Shown here one piece after another: positions 54,573 through 64,000 of a DNA stretch of 64,000 bases. The notes under the pieces were generated by a model that was not told where the DNA came from, did not search any database, and was given only the letters and a program-made list of their open reading frames with translations. The DNA lies in assembly GCA_963727445.1 (NCBI GenBank), contig CAVSGI010000014.1:192001-256000 (forward strand). The letters are read 5' to 3'. Position 1 is the stretch's first letter; each line of letters starts with the position of its first letter. The position numbers and the translations under genes are program-made. This stretch comes from an uncultured delta proteobacterium (GTDB taxonomy: Bacteria > Myxococcota_A > Polyangia > Polyangiales > B10-G4).

Positions 54573-56240
54573 TCAGGGCACGGCGCCCGTGGCCGGCCGC
54601 AGATTTCCCCGGATCCGCTGGTCCTCTTCCGCGGTGAAACGGACCTCCCGCTCCTCGTAACCAGGAGCGGAGATACGAAGGGTATGAGAGCTCCCGCGCC
54701 GCAGACGCAAGGGGAAGTTGCCCGCGGGAAGCCCATCGAGGTGCACCGTCGCCCCGGGCGGCAGGCCGCTGACGTCGACCGACACCCGCCCGTCCTCGAC
54801 GATCGCCGCGCCCGCGTCGGCCTCGGGCTGTGGGGGGTGGGTCTCCTCCACCATCGGCGTGGGGGTGGGCCCGGTGTCGTCGCCGCTGAGGAAGGCGCGC
54901 GCCGCGAAGATGCCCGCGGCGACGAAGAGCAACACGCCGACCACGTAGAGCGCGACCGGCCCACGCTTCGGCTCCGGAGGCGCCTTGGAGAGGCTGATGT
55001 CCCGGGGCGGCGCGCGGTGGGAGATGACGGGCGATGGCGACGGGCTGGCCAGGCTCTTGGCGCGGGAGGCCCGGATCGACCCCGTGTCGCTGTCCAGCAC
55101 CGACTCGTCCAGCTCGAAATCGGCGGCGTTGCCACCGGTCTCCATGAACGGATCGTATCCGTCGTCGTCGGCCGCGGGGCTGAGCGAGGTGGCCGGGCGA
55201 GCCGGCTTCTTCGAACGCCGCGGGCCGGTCGGCGCGATCACGAGCTCGCCGTCGGCGAGGCTGGGCTTGGGCGACTTCTGGGGTGGGAGGGGCGAGGAAG
55301 GCGTGGCCATCGCCGCCGCCGTGACCGCGGGATCGACCGCGGGCAGGGTCTCGTTCGAACGGGTGTCGGGCTCCGGCGGGGCCAGCTCGTCCTTGTTGCG
55401 GGCGTCGCGAAGGAGCTGAAGCATCTGCGCCGCCGTCGCGGGTCGCTCGTCCTTGTTCTTCGCGAGGCAGGTGAGGATCGCGCGCTCGAGATTCTTGCCG
55501 ATCTGCGCGCCTCGCGTGCGCGGAGGCGTCGGCTCCTCGTTGAGGATCACGTGGATCAACGCGTTGTAGTTGTCGGCGTCGAAGGGCACGTCACCGACCA
55601 GGCACTCGTACATGACGATCCCGGCGGCGTAGAGGTCCGCCCGCCGGTCCACCCCCGCATCTCCCATCGCCTGCTCCGGCGCCATGTAATGCGGCGTACC
55701 CAAAACGGTCCCGGCGACGGTGAGGTTCGAGGCGCGCTCGTCCGACTTCTGCGAGATGCCGAAATCGAGGATCTTCAGGAGATCGGAGCGCCGCTTTCGC
55801 GGGGTGAGGATGATGTTGTCCGGCTTGAGGTCCCGGTGGACCACGCCGTGCTCGTGAGCGGCGTCGAGCGCATCGAGGAGCTGAGCCATGATGTCCATCG
55901 TCTCGTCGAGGCTCAGACGACCTTTGGTCTCGATCCGGGTGGACAGGGCGTAGCCGGGGAGGAACTCCATGACCAAGAACGGGATTCCGTTTCGGGTCTG
56001 GTCGAGATCGAGCACCTCCACGATGCCGGGATGCTGGATCGCGCTGGCGGCCCGGGCCTCGCGCCCGAAGCGCTGCACCACGCTCGCGTTGCTCAAGAAG
56101 CGCTCGTCGAGGAGCTTGACGGCCACCTTGCGGCCGGTGCGCACGTGCTCTCCCCGGAAGACCGAGCCCATGCCGCCCTGGCCGAGCATTCCCTCGATCC
56201 GGTACTTGTCGAGCAAGACCGTGCCGCTGATGTCCTCCAT
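54573..56240 (-). CDS. Ser/Thr protein kinase with TM and PEGA-like C-terminal domain
   Basis: GQGGMG, VAVK, HRDLKPDN, DFG, GTPHYMAPEQ. Confidence 0.93.
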   Translation of the reverse strand: MEDISGTVLLDKYRIEGMLGQGGMGSVFRGEHVRTGRKVAVKLLDERFLSNASVVQRFGREARAASAIQHPGIVEVLDLDQTRNGIPFLVMEFLPGYALSTRIETKGRLSLDETMDIMAQLLDALDAAHEHGVVHRDLKPDNIILTPRKRRSDLLKILDFGISQKSDERASNLTVAGTVLGTPHYMAPEQAMGDAGVDRRADLYAAGIVMYECLVGDVPFDADNYNALIHVILNEEPTPPRTRGAQIGKNLERAILTCLAKNKDERPATAAQMLQLLRDARNKDELAPPEPDTRSNETLPAVDPAVTAAAMATPSSPLPPQKSPKPSLADGELVIAPTGPRRSKKPARPATSLSPAADDDGYDPFMETGGNAADFELDESVLDSDTGSIRASRAKSLASPSPSPVISHRAPPRDISLSKAPPEPKRGPVALYVVGVLLFVAAGIFAARAFLSGDDTGPTPTPMVEETHPPQPEADAGAAIVEDGRVSVDVSGLPPGATVHLDGLPAGNFPLRLRRGSSHTLRISAPGYEEREVRFTAEEDQRIRGNLRPATGAVP

Positions 56241-56317
56241 GTCCAAGCCAGCGCCTAGCGCGGCTGCAATGCTAAATAGCCCGCCAGAATTGGGCAAGAC
56301 AGCGTAGGCGAGCCCGT

Positions 56318-57772
56318 TCAGGCCGGATCCCAGCGCACCCGGTAGATCGTGGCTTCATCGCCCAGTGCCTCGCAGGTCGGGGTCTGAACCCGGGGATTGG
56401 CGACCCCCACGTGCAGGAGCACCCCCCGCAGGATCCCGGCGGCGAGCGCCGTGAGCTCGAGGCGCGGCAGGACCTGCTGCCGGATGGACACGCGGGCCTG
56501 TCCCGGTCCGAGGATCTTCGCCTCCACCCTGCCCTGGCGGGAGAGCGTGGACCAGAAGGCGGGGAAAGCGGCGAGCACCTGGTCCGGGGTCTTGGCGTGG
56601 GCCAGCTCCGCCGACAGGCGCGTGAAGCCGCGCTGGCCGACCCGCTCCCCCAGCTGAGCGACCAGGCGCAGATCCTCCGCGCCGGCGATCTCGTCCACCG
56701 CGGCGAGGGCATCGGCGACGAGGGACGCATCGACGCCACGCTCGCGGTTGAGGTCGGTGTTGCCCGATCCGGGAAGCAGCTCCTCCACCGCCGGCATCCG
56801 GGCGATCAGCTCCCGCCAGCGGGAACCGAGCTCCTTGTAGATGGCCTCGATCAGCATCAGCACCGGGAGCAGCTCGAGCTTCGCCTCACCGACCGCGCCC
56901 TCGGGGGCGTTGCCCTCGTGCTGGCTGATGCGGGTCGGGCGGCGAAGCTTGAGATACCCGAGGTCCGCGGCCAGGGCGTCGTCGGGCACCTCCGTGCGGC
57001 CGGGTCGATCGCCGACGATGATGGAGAGGACGAGCAGGAAGAGGTCGGCCTCCGGGAAACGCTCCTCCGGCGCCTCTGCCGTCGCCTGACGGATCGCACG
57101 CTGAATCGTATCGCTCTGGCCGGAGATGTCGCCGTGGGGGCTCCCCGTGAGCAGCGCGCGATAGAGAACGCCGGCGCCGTGGAGGTCGGCGCGCTCGTCG
57201 AAGCGGCCGCCGCGCGCGAGCTCGGGCGGGATGTACTCGGCCGGAGGGCGCATGATCGGGAGCTCCCAATCGTCGTCGCTCCTGAAGACCGCATCCTGAA
57301 AGTGCCGGAGCTTGACGAGGTCCCGCCCACGCACCTCCACCACCACCACGGACTCGGGGCCCACCGAGCGATGCACCAGCCCCGCGCCGTGCACCGCGGC
57401 CAGGGCCTCCACCAGCTGGGTGGTGATGCGGGCGGCGCGCTCGGGATCGAGGCCTTCGGGGTTTTCGGCGAGGAGCTCGGCGACGGTCTTGCCTCGGAGC
57501 GCCTCGAAGACGATGAAGGGGCGGCCGTCGGTATGAACGCCGGAGTCGACGATGCTCTGGATGTTGCGATGGGCGACGCCACCGGCGACGCGGCTCTCGC
57601 GAAGCATTCGCGCCGCGTCGGGACCGTGAACCGGTTGCTCGGGCGCGAGGAGCTTCACCACCACGTTGCGTTGAATCGCGATGTGCTGCGCCTGATAGGT
57701 GACCGCCTGCTTGGTGGAGAACTCGATGTCCGCCAAGCGGTACTTCCCATCGATCAGTCGGTCGTCCCCCAC
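56318..57772 (-). CDS. Pseudokinase fused to a Myxococcales TIGR02265/DUF2378-like (V4R-like) domain
   Basis: Kinase fold with HRSVGPES and RHF replacing HRD/DFG; C-terminal ...FWSTLSRQG.V...AGILRGVL...C...G.....YRVRW. Confidence 0.7.
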   Translation of the reverse strand: MGDDRLIDGKYRLADIEFSTKQAVTYQAQHIAIQRNVVVKLLAPEQPVHGPDAARMLRESRVAGGVAHRNIQSIVDSGVHTDGRPFIVFEALRGKTVAELLAENPEGLDPERAARITTQLVEALAAVHGAGLVHRSVGPESVVVVEVRGRDLVKLRHFQDAVFRSDDDWELPIMRPPAEYIPPELARGGRFDERADLHGAGVLYRALLTGSPHGDISGQSDTIQRAIRQATAEAPEERFPEADLFLLVLSIIVGDRPGRTEVPDDALAADLGYLKLRRPTRISQHEGNAPEGAVGEAKLELLPVLMLIEAIYKELGSRWRELIARMPAVEELLPGSGNTDLNRERGVDASLVADALAAVDEIAGAEDLRLVAQLGERVGQRGFTRLSAELAHAKTPDQVLAAFPAFWSTLSRQGRVEAKILGPGQARVSIRQQVLPRLELTALAAGILRGVLLHVGVANPRVQTPTCEALGDEATIYRVRWDPA

Positions 57773-57816
57773 GTTCGCTGAAATCCTCGCCGGCTTCGAT
57801 CAGAAGCCGCGAGCGA

Positions 57817-58434
57817 TTAGATCTCCCGCAGCTGATCCTCGGCCCAATCCAGGACCGCCTGAGTATCTTCGTACTGCGGGTCGGGAAATACCAGCGTCGT
57901 CACCGACTCGATCGACTCTTCACCCGCCCCCACCTCGATGAGCTTCTCCACCCTGCCGATCAGCGGCCCGAGCGCGACGGCGCGCATGCGCGGAAGGATC
58001 ATGGCGAAGCGCCGCTTGTAGAGGAAGACCATGTCGGTGCGGCGGAGCCAATCGGTGATGGCATCGAGGACGCTGTCGTAGAGCGCCCGGCCGTCGGTCA
58101 CCGCGGAGAGCTTGACGACGACCGTGGCAAAGGGATCGCCATAGCGCTCTGCGAGCGCGCACTGCTCCCTCAGGCGCTTGCGAAAGTAGCGCCCTTCGAG
58201 GACTTGGACGTCGTCCGCGCGCGGACCCCGGCAGGCGACCTCGAAGACGTCGCGCACGTCCTCGAGGCTCCACTCCCGGCCTGGCGCCACGTCCCGAGCC
58301 GCGGAGGCGATGCGCCGGGCGAGGCGCTGCGCCAGGAGAGGATCGCGGCAGATGCGGTCGAGGTCATGCCCTTCGAGAGCCTCCTCGTCTTCGCCTCCGA
58401 TGAGGCGCTTGGCCGCCTCGGTCACCGTGGTCAT
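57817..58434 (-). CDS. Degenerate GGDEF-like domain protein
   Basis: RYFRKRLREQCALAERYGDPFATVVV...LRRTDMVFLYKRRFAMILP; GGDEF motif lost, RxxD retained. Confidence 0.68.
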   Translation of the reverse strand: MTTVTEAAKRLIGGEDEEALEGHDLDRICRDPLLAQRLARRIASAARDVAPGREWSLEDVRDVFEVACRGPRADDVQVLEGRYFRKRLREQCALAERYGDPFATVVVKLSAVTDGRALYDSVLDAITDWLRRTDMVFLYKRRFAMILPRMRAVALGPLIGRVEKLIEVGAGEESIESVTTLVFPDPQYEDTQAVLDWAEDQLREI

Positions 58435-58548
58435 CTCAACTACCCTTCGGGCCGAAAGTCTAGCACGTTGGCGAAATCGCTCCAAAGGGCGCCGTGCCGC
58501 CCGGCCCGATACCTACTACGCTCCCGCCCTCTGTCTTCTGCCCTGGAC

Positions 58549-59976
58549 ATGAAGCGCCGGTTCACATCCGCTCTACTCTCTGCGATCGCCCTATCGATCC
58601 TCGGCTGGGCGGCTTGCGCGGACGAAGCGCAGCCGGATACGGACCCAGCGCCAGAGATGGTGGCGGCCGAGCCAGAGCCCGAGCCGGGGCCGGAGCCGCC
58701 TCCGTCGGTGACGCACGAGGTCGCGGAGGGGGAGACGCTCTGGGACATCGCCCGGGCGTACGACGTCACGGTCGCGGACATCATGGAGGCCAACGAGCTG
58801 CGCCCGCGCGACGTGCGACGGCTCTCCAAAGGACGGTCGCTCATCATTCCGGGCGTGAGCGAGCGCGTGGAGGTCGCCACCGCCGAAGACCGGCGCGCCG
58901 CCGAGGAGGCGATGCGCGAGAGCCTGCCGGAGCTCGAAGACGGCGCCTATCACTTCCTCGGAGAAGGCGAGACGATCTGGGATCTGGCGCGCACCTACGA
59001 CAAGTCGATCGAAGAGATCATGGCGCGCAACGAGTTCACCGACGACGACGTGCGGGGCTTTCGGCCGGGGCGACCCATCATCATCCCCGGCATCCGGCCC
59101 GACCAGGTGCGCACGCCACCGCCGCGGGAAGAGCGCGAAGGCATCTATCACGAGGTGAGCCGGGGCGAGACGGTCTGGGACCTCGCCAACGCTTTCCAGG
59201 TCAGCGTCTCGGAGATCATGGCTTCGAACGGCATGGACGCCGAGCGGATCACCGCGATCCGCGAAGGCGAGCGCATCTTCATCCCCGGCGTCGACGAGGA
59301 CGTGCGGACGGGGCGGGTGCATCGTCGCGAGACCACGACGCAGCGTGCGGCGCGACCGATCGCGCGGCGCCTGGGGCTCGGGACGCGGCGAGCCGCGAGC
59401 AAGCTGCTGATGGGGCAACCCGAGGAGCGCTGGGTGCGCGCAGCGGGAGGGCGCCGCGGACGGCTACCGGGAACGCTTCGCTGGCCGGTGTCGAACGGAC
59501 GCTTCGTGCGCGGCTTCGGGTCCGGCGAAGGCGGCTATCACCAGGCGGTCGACATCGCAGGCGACATCGGCTGGAACGTGCGCGCAGCCGCGCCGGGGAT
59601 CGTCGGCTACTCGGACAACGGCGTGACCGGCTACGGCAACATGGTGCTCCTCGTCCATCCCGGCGGGTGGGTGACGATGTACGCGCACAACTCGACGAAC
59701 TTCGTCGTCGCCGGCGAGCGCGTGCCGCGCGGGGGCATCCTCGCCGAGGTGGGCAGCACTGGCATCAGCCGCGGACCCCACGTCCACTTCGAGCTGATGT
59801 TCGGTGGACAGAACTGCGACCCCGCGCATCTCTTTCGACCCGGCATCCGCCATCGCGGGGGACGTCTGTCCCCCATCGACCGGCTGACCTGGACTCGGCC
59901 GGGCCACAAGCCGCGCGAGATCGCCTGTGGTCGCCGGCGCCGCCACCCCCGCTCCCGACGGGTGATCGACGAATGA
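58549..59976 (+). CDS. Lipoprotein with 3 LysM domains and an M23 peptidase
   Basis: H.V..GET(L/I/V)WD.A x3; HQAVD, YGNMV, YAHN, GPHVHFE. Confidence 0.92.
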   Translation: MKRRFTSALLSAIALSILGWAACADEAQPDTDPAPEMVAAEPEPEPGPEPPPSVTHEVAEGETLWDIARAYDVTVADIMEANELRPRDVRRLSKGRSLIIPGVSERVEVATAEDRRAAEEAMRESLPELEDGAYHFLGEGETIWDLARTYDKSIEEIMARNEFTDDDVRGFRPGRPIIIPGIRPDQVRTPPPREEREGIYHEVSRGETVWDLANAFQVSVSEIMASNGMDAERITAIREGERIFIPGVDEDVRTGRVHRRETTTQRAARPIARRLGLGTRRAASKLLMGQPEERWVRAAGGRRGRLPGTLRWPVSNGRFVRGFGSGEGGYHQAVDIAGDIGWNVRAAAPGIVGYSDNGVTGYGNMVLLVHPGGWVTMYAHNSTNFVVAGERVPRGGILAEVGSTGISRGPHVHFELMFGGQNCDPAHLFRPGIRHRGGRLSPIDRLTWTRPGHKPREIACGRRRRHPRSRRVIDE

Positions 59977-60341
59977 GCGGCGCAGAGGAGCCGACGGAAG
60001 AGGAGCTCGCGGAGCTCGGCGAGGCGCTCCGAGCTCTGCAGGCCGAGCTCGAGGCCGCGGTGTCTCTGGGGGACGCGGGGGCCAAGCCCGTCGACCTCGA
60101 CCAGCCCATCGGCCGCATCAGCCGCGTCGACGCGCTCCAGCAGCAGGCGATGGCGAAGGCAACCAAGGACAAGGCGAAGCTCCGCCTCGCGCAGGTCCGC
60201 GTGGCGCTCCAGGCGCATGCGGCGGGCGAGTACGGCTACTGCCGCCGGTGCGAGGAGCCGATCGGGATCGGCCGACTTCGCTCACGCCCGGAGACGCCGT
60301 TCTGCGTCGAATGCCAGGGCCGCCGCGAGCGAGGCGCCTGA
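59973..60341 (+). CDS. TraR/DksA C4 zinc-finger protein
   Basis: IGRISRVDALQQQAMA; YGYCRRCEEPI...RL...P...CVECQ. Confidence 0.9.
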   Translation: MSGAEEPTEEELAELGEALRALQAELEAAVSLGDAGAKPVDLDQPIGRISRVDALQQQAMAKATKDKAKLRLAQVRVALQAHAAGEYGYCRRCEEPIGIGRLRSRPETPFCVECQGRRERGA

Positions 60342-60385
60342 GCGCCCAGCACACCATCCGCCGTTCCCACTCCCCGTTCCCGAAC

Positions 60386-60882
60386 GGCTAACGGGGACGG
60401 TCTACACTTTTCAACTTTCGCCACGCACGCCCGAATTCCATCCGCATGCGCGCGGCCCAGCCGAACGAACGGCTAACGGGGACGGTCTACACTTTTCAAC
60501 TTTCGCCACGCACGCCCGGGTTCCATCCGCAGGCGCCTGAGCGCCCAGGGCTAACGGGGACGGTCTACACTTTTCAACTTTCGCCACGCACGCCCGAATT
60601 CCATCCGCATGCGCGCGGCCCAGCCGAAAGTTGAAAAGTCTAGACCGTCCCCATCAAGCGCGAGCCGAAAGTTGAAAAGTCTAGACCGTCCCCATCGAGC
60701 GCGGGTCGCGACTCCCCTTCGCGGCGCTCGGGGCTGAGTCGGTTCATCGTCCAGCCGAAAGTTGAAAAGTGTAGACCGTCCCCATCGAGCGCGAGCCGAA
60801 AGTTGAAAAGTCTAGACCGTCCCCATCGAGCGCGGGTCGCGACTCCCCTTCGCGGCGCTCGGGGCTGAGTCGGTTCATCGTC
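60386..60882. repeat. REPIN/BIME-like array, locus 2 (3 forward + 4 reverse copies of the 28-mer)
   Basis: Forward at 60393, 60478, 60556; reverse at 60625, 60666, 60756, 60797; includes a 131-bp tandem duplication. Confidence 0.93.
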
Positions 60883-61142
60883 CGGACAGGACGCGGGGCG
60901 CGGGGTCGCCTCGTGCGGGCCGGTTTCCATTGCCACTCCCGTTCCCGTCGCGATCACGCACGACTTGCCTGATCGTGCCCATTCGGGCAGGGAGGGCGAG
61001 AGACCCGCCCGTTCCGGATCCACTCAACCATCTGAAATCGCCAACGTTTCCTGTCCGGACCTGCGAAGGGCCCCGAGGCACGGCTCCTGCATTTTCCCGG
61101 GCCGTGCACACCCTCGCCTCCCCCTTCGCCCGCGACACCCTG

Positions 61143-62312
61143 GTGGACGCTCGTCCCCCGCTCCTCGTCGGACGCTATCGCCTCGGGCGGCGGCTCGGGG
61201 GTGGCGGGATGGGCGAGGTCTACGAGGCGCAGGACGAGCGGCTGGATTGGCCGGTCGCCATCAAGCTCCTGCGGCCCGAGCTCGCCACCGAACAGGAGCA
61301 GCTCTGCCGTTTCCTCCAGGAGGCCCAGGCGGCGGGCGCCCTGTCGCACCCGCACATCGTCCAGGTGCTCGACGCGAGCAAGCCGGATGCCGACGAGCCC
61401 TTCATCGTGATGGAGCGCCTCGAGGGCTCGCCGCTCTCGAGCATCCTCTTCATCGAAAATCGCCTCCCCGAAAAGCGCGCCGTGCGCCTCGCCATCCAGA
61501 TCCTCGACGCGCTCTCGTCCGCGCATGCGAGCGGCATCGTCCATCGCGACATCAAGCCCGACAACGTCTTCGTGACGCGGGGCTACGACGGCGGCGAGGT
61601 CGCGAAGCTCTTGGACTTCGGGGTCGCCAAGGTCGCGCGCGGCGGAGGCTCGAACCGACTGACCGTGACCGGGCAGGTGGTGGGGACGCCCTCCTTCATG
61701 GCACCCGAACAGCTCACGGCCGAGGTCACGGACGGCCGCGCCGACGTCTTCGCGGTGGGCGCCTTGCTCTACGCGATGCTGACCGGAAGGCCGCCCTTCG
61801 TGGGCCGGACCGTCGACGAGATCGCCATGAAGGTGCTCATCGGCGATCACCCGTCCCTCGAGACGCTCGCCCCGAGCGTCGACCCGCTCCTTTCGGCCAT
61901 CGTCCGTTCGGCGCTCGAAAACGATCGCGCGCGTCGCTTCCAGAACGCCGACGCGATGTGCGCGGCGCTGGTGTCCTGGGCCCAGCGGGGGAGCGTCGTG
62001 CTCCCCGCGCCCCCGAGCACACCCGCACCGACGCCCACACCCGCGTTCGTCCCGCCCCTCGCGCCCGCGCCGAAGCCGTCCTCCAAGACAGGGCGTCGCT
62101 GGCTCCGCGCCATGACCCTCGCGACCTCGGCCAGCGTCCTGCTCGTGATGTCGGTGATCGCCGGAGCCGTGGTCGCGACGCGTCCCTGGCAGGACCCGAT
62201 CGCGGCCGTGCAGCTCCGCTCCGCCCACGAGCCGGTCGCGACGATCATCCCCGTCACACCGCTCCCGGTGGCCTTGGACCTCCCCGCAGTGAACGAGGAA
62301 GCACCGGAGTGA
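61143..62312 (+). CDS. Ser/Thr protein kinase with TM
   Basis: [31 protein letters not shown]. Confidence 0.92.
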   Translation: MDARPPLLVGRYRLGRRLGGGGMGEVYEAQDERLDWPVAIKLLRPELATEQEQLCRFLQEAQAAGALSHPHIVQVLDASKPDADEPFIVMERLEGSPLSSILFIENRLPEKRAVRLAIQILDALSSAHASGIVHRDIKPDNVFVTRGYDGGEVAKLLDFGVAKVARGGGSNRLTVTGQVVGTPSFMAPEQLTAEVTDGRADVFAVGALLYAMLTGRPPFVGRTVDEIAMKVLIGDHPSLETLAPSVDPLLSAIVRSALENDRARRFQNADAMCAALVSWAQRGSVVLPAPPSTPAPTPTPAFVPPLAPAPKPSSKTGRRWLRAMTLATSASVLLVMSVIAGAVVATRPWQDPIAAVQLRSAHEPVATIIPVTPLPVALDLPAVNEEAPE

Positions 62313-62346
62313 GGCCTCGGGGCGCCGGGGCGCCCCGAACGAGGCC
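62313..62346. terminator. GC-rich hairpin between convergent genes
   Basis: TCGGGGCGC / GCGCCCCGA inverted repeat; no U-tract. Confidence 0.35.
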
Positions 62347-62352
62347 CGCGCC

Positions 62353-63528
62353 CTACCCCTTGCGGTAGGCGGTCACGACACAGGCGCCGCCGAGGCCGAG
62401 GTTGTGCTGCAGGGCGATGCGGGCGCCTTCGACCTGACGGTCGCCGGCGGTGCCGCGGAGCTGCCAGACGAGCTCGGTGCACTGGGCCAGCCCCGTGGCG
62501 CCGAGAGGGTGGCCCTTGGAGAGCAGGCCGCCGCTCGGGTTGGTGACGACCTTGCCGCCGAAGGTGTTGTCCCCCTCGACGATCATCTTCTCCGCGCCGC
62601 CCTCCTCAGCGAAGCCGAGGGCTTCGTAGGTGAGGATCTCGTTGGCGGTGAAGCAGTCGTGGAGCTCGCAGACGTCGACGTCGTCGGGGCCGAAGCCGGC
62701 GGCTTCGTACACCTGATCCGCCGCGTTCTTCGCCATGTCGTAGCCGACCATCTTGATCATCGAGTCGCCGAAGCTGGACTCGTAGTCGGTCGTCATGGTC
62801 TGGGCCGCGATGTAGACCGGGTCGCTGATCCCGTACTTCTTCGCGAAGTCGTCGGTGCAGAGGATGGCCGCCGCGGCGCCGCAGGTGGGCGGGCAGCACT
62901 GATAGCGCGTGAGCGGATCGAAGATCTCCGGGCTCGCCAGGATCTCCTCGACCGAGAGCTGCTCCTTGAACAGGGCGTAGGGGTTCTTGGCGGCGTGCTT
63001 GCGCGCCTTCTCGCTGACCTTGGCGAAGGTCTCCTTCTTCGTCCCCCAGCGCCAGCGGTACTCGCGCCCTGCGCCGCCGAACATCTGCGCCGCCGGCGGC
63101 GCCGGACTGAAGCCCTGCACCCGCTGCATCACGCCCGCGTGCTGGTCGAGGGGATTGGTCCGGTCGTCCCACTTCGCCCCGAGAGCGCCCTTCTCCATCT
63201 GCTCGAAGCCGACGGCGAGGACACACTCGGCGATCCCGCCTTCGACGGCCTGCCGGGCGAGCATCAGCGCCGTCGAGCCGGTGGAGCAGTTGTTGTTCAC
63301 GTTGAAGACCGGGATGCCGGTCAGGCCCACTTCGTAGACCGCCCGCTGCCCGCAGGTGCTGTCGCCGAAGACGTAGCCGGCATACGCCTGCTGGATCGCG
63401 TCGAAAGGAACCGCCGCGTCCTCGAGGGCCGCGCGGATCGCCTTGTCGGCCATCACGTTGTAGGGGTCGCTCTTCCCCGGCTTCTGGAAGGGGACCATCC
63501 CGACGCCGATCACGTTGACTCTACCCAT
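62353..63528 (-). CDS. SCP-x-type thiolase (lipid-transfer protein)
   Basis: GDSTCGQRA, NVNNNCSTGS, ELHDCF, NPSGGLLSKGHPLGATG, QHNLGLGGA. Confidence 0.93.
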   Translation of the reverse strand: MGRVNVIGVGMVPFQKPGKSDPYNVMADKAIRAALEDAAVPFDAIQQAYAGYVFGDSTCGQRAVYEVGLTGIPVFNVNNNCSTGSTALMLARQAVEGGIAECVLAVGFEQMEKGALGAKWDDRTNPLDQHAGVMQRVQGFSPAPPAAQMFGGAGREYRWRWGTKKETFAKVSEKARKHAAKNPYALFKEQLSVEEILASPEIFDPLTRYQCCPPTCGAAAAILCTDDFAKKYGISDPVYIAAQTMTTDYESSFGDSMIKMVGYDMAKNAADQVYEAAGFGPDDVDVCELHDCFTANEILTYEALGFAEEGGAEKMIVEGDNTFGGKVVTNPSGGLLSKGHPLGATGLAQCTELVWQLRGTAGDRQVEGARIALQHNLGLGGACVVTAYRKG

Positions 63529-63565
63529 CGTCTCTTCTCCTGCTGCTCGTTGTGACCGTGCGGGC

Positions 63566-64000
63566 CTACGCGAGACCCTTCAAGAACCCGAGGCGCTGCG
63601 CCAGCCGGACGTCACCGTCCACCCGGAGCGCGCCGCGCTGATAGAGATCTTTGGCGTCGGCTTCGCCCTTTGCCAAGGCCTCGAAGTCCTCGTCCGCGAG
63701 GGTGAAGACCGCGTCGGCGCCCTCGCGGGTGCCGGGCTTCACCGCGCCCGCGCCCCCGGCGAGGTCGACGACGTAGGCCGCGTCGGGATCGGTCAGACGG
63801 AACTGGAGCACCGCCTGCACCTCCGCCGCGATGCCCGGGTCCTCGGCGATCCGCGCGCCGAGTGCATCGAAAAGCGCCGGGCCTGTCGCCTCGCGCCCGG
63901 TGCCCGCCGCGGCCTCCGCGCCGGAACCCGCCCCCGCGCTCTTCCTCTTCTCGACCTCGTCCCGAACGGCGTCCGCATCGATGTCCTGGAGGAAGGTCAG
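63566..64000 (-). CDS. SCP2 sterol-carrier domain, C-terminus of a longer protein (5' end outside window)
   Basis: Open frame to the window edge; ADAVFTLADEDF...LYQRGALRVDGDVRLAQRL; preceded by LTFL plus an Ala/Gly linker, suggesting a second SCP2 domain. Confidence 0.82.
   Translation of the reverse strand: MTFLQDIDADAVRDEVEKRKSAGAGSGAEAAAGTGREATGPALFDALGARIAEDPGIAAEVQAVLQFRLTDPDAAYVVDLAGGAGAVKPGTREGADAVFTLADEDFEALAKGEADAKDLYQRGALRVDGDVRLAQRLGFLKGLA

Noticed and set aside
60386..60882. CRISPR array
   Set aside because: Repeats occur in both orientations, spacers are repeated and of uneven length, and no cas genes are in the window

Overview
GC-rich chromosomal window that looks myxobacterial (Polyangiales/Sandaracinaceae-like). 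This is inferred from MYXO-CTERM-like tails, myxococcal Cys-rich repeats, several Ser/Thr (pseudo)kinases and AgmX/GltJ-like domains. Core genes include an OmpR-type two-component pair, TolB-like protein, DEAD-box helicase, gdhA, a split Mla ABC system (F ... E-E-F-D), pyrF, rlmB, ftsH, guaAB, hutUI, SMUG1, a topo IV-like parC/parE pair, LysM-M23 peptidase, DksA/TraR, SCP-x thiolase and SCP2. Many secreted lipoproteins lie between them. Numerous 1-nt frameshifts in housekeeping genes most likely reflect long-read consensus errors. The most unusual signal is non-coding: a 28-bp REPIN-like repeat family (GGGGACGGTCTACACTTTTCAACTTTCG, 10 copies at two loci 46 kb apart). At both loci it is embedded in CCCGTT-type hexamer tracts; one tract is a perfect, telomere-like (CCCGTT)48 run. 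The other array contains a copy of the neighbouring gene's 3' end. Other candidates: a Hedgehog-like Hint lipoprotein inside the mla cluster, an orphan SctJ coupled to a pseudokinase-GYF-AgmX protein, a BPI/LBP-like MYXO-CTERM protein paired with FadL, a double-TRASH ParA with an RHH partner, and a lipoprotein triplet with conserved N-termini and variable C-termini. All calls are from motif reading only; no database searches were run.
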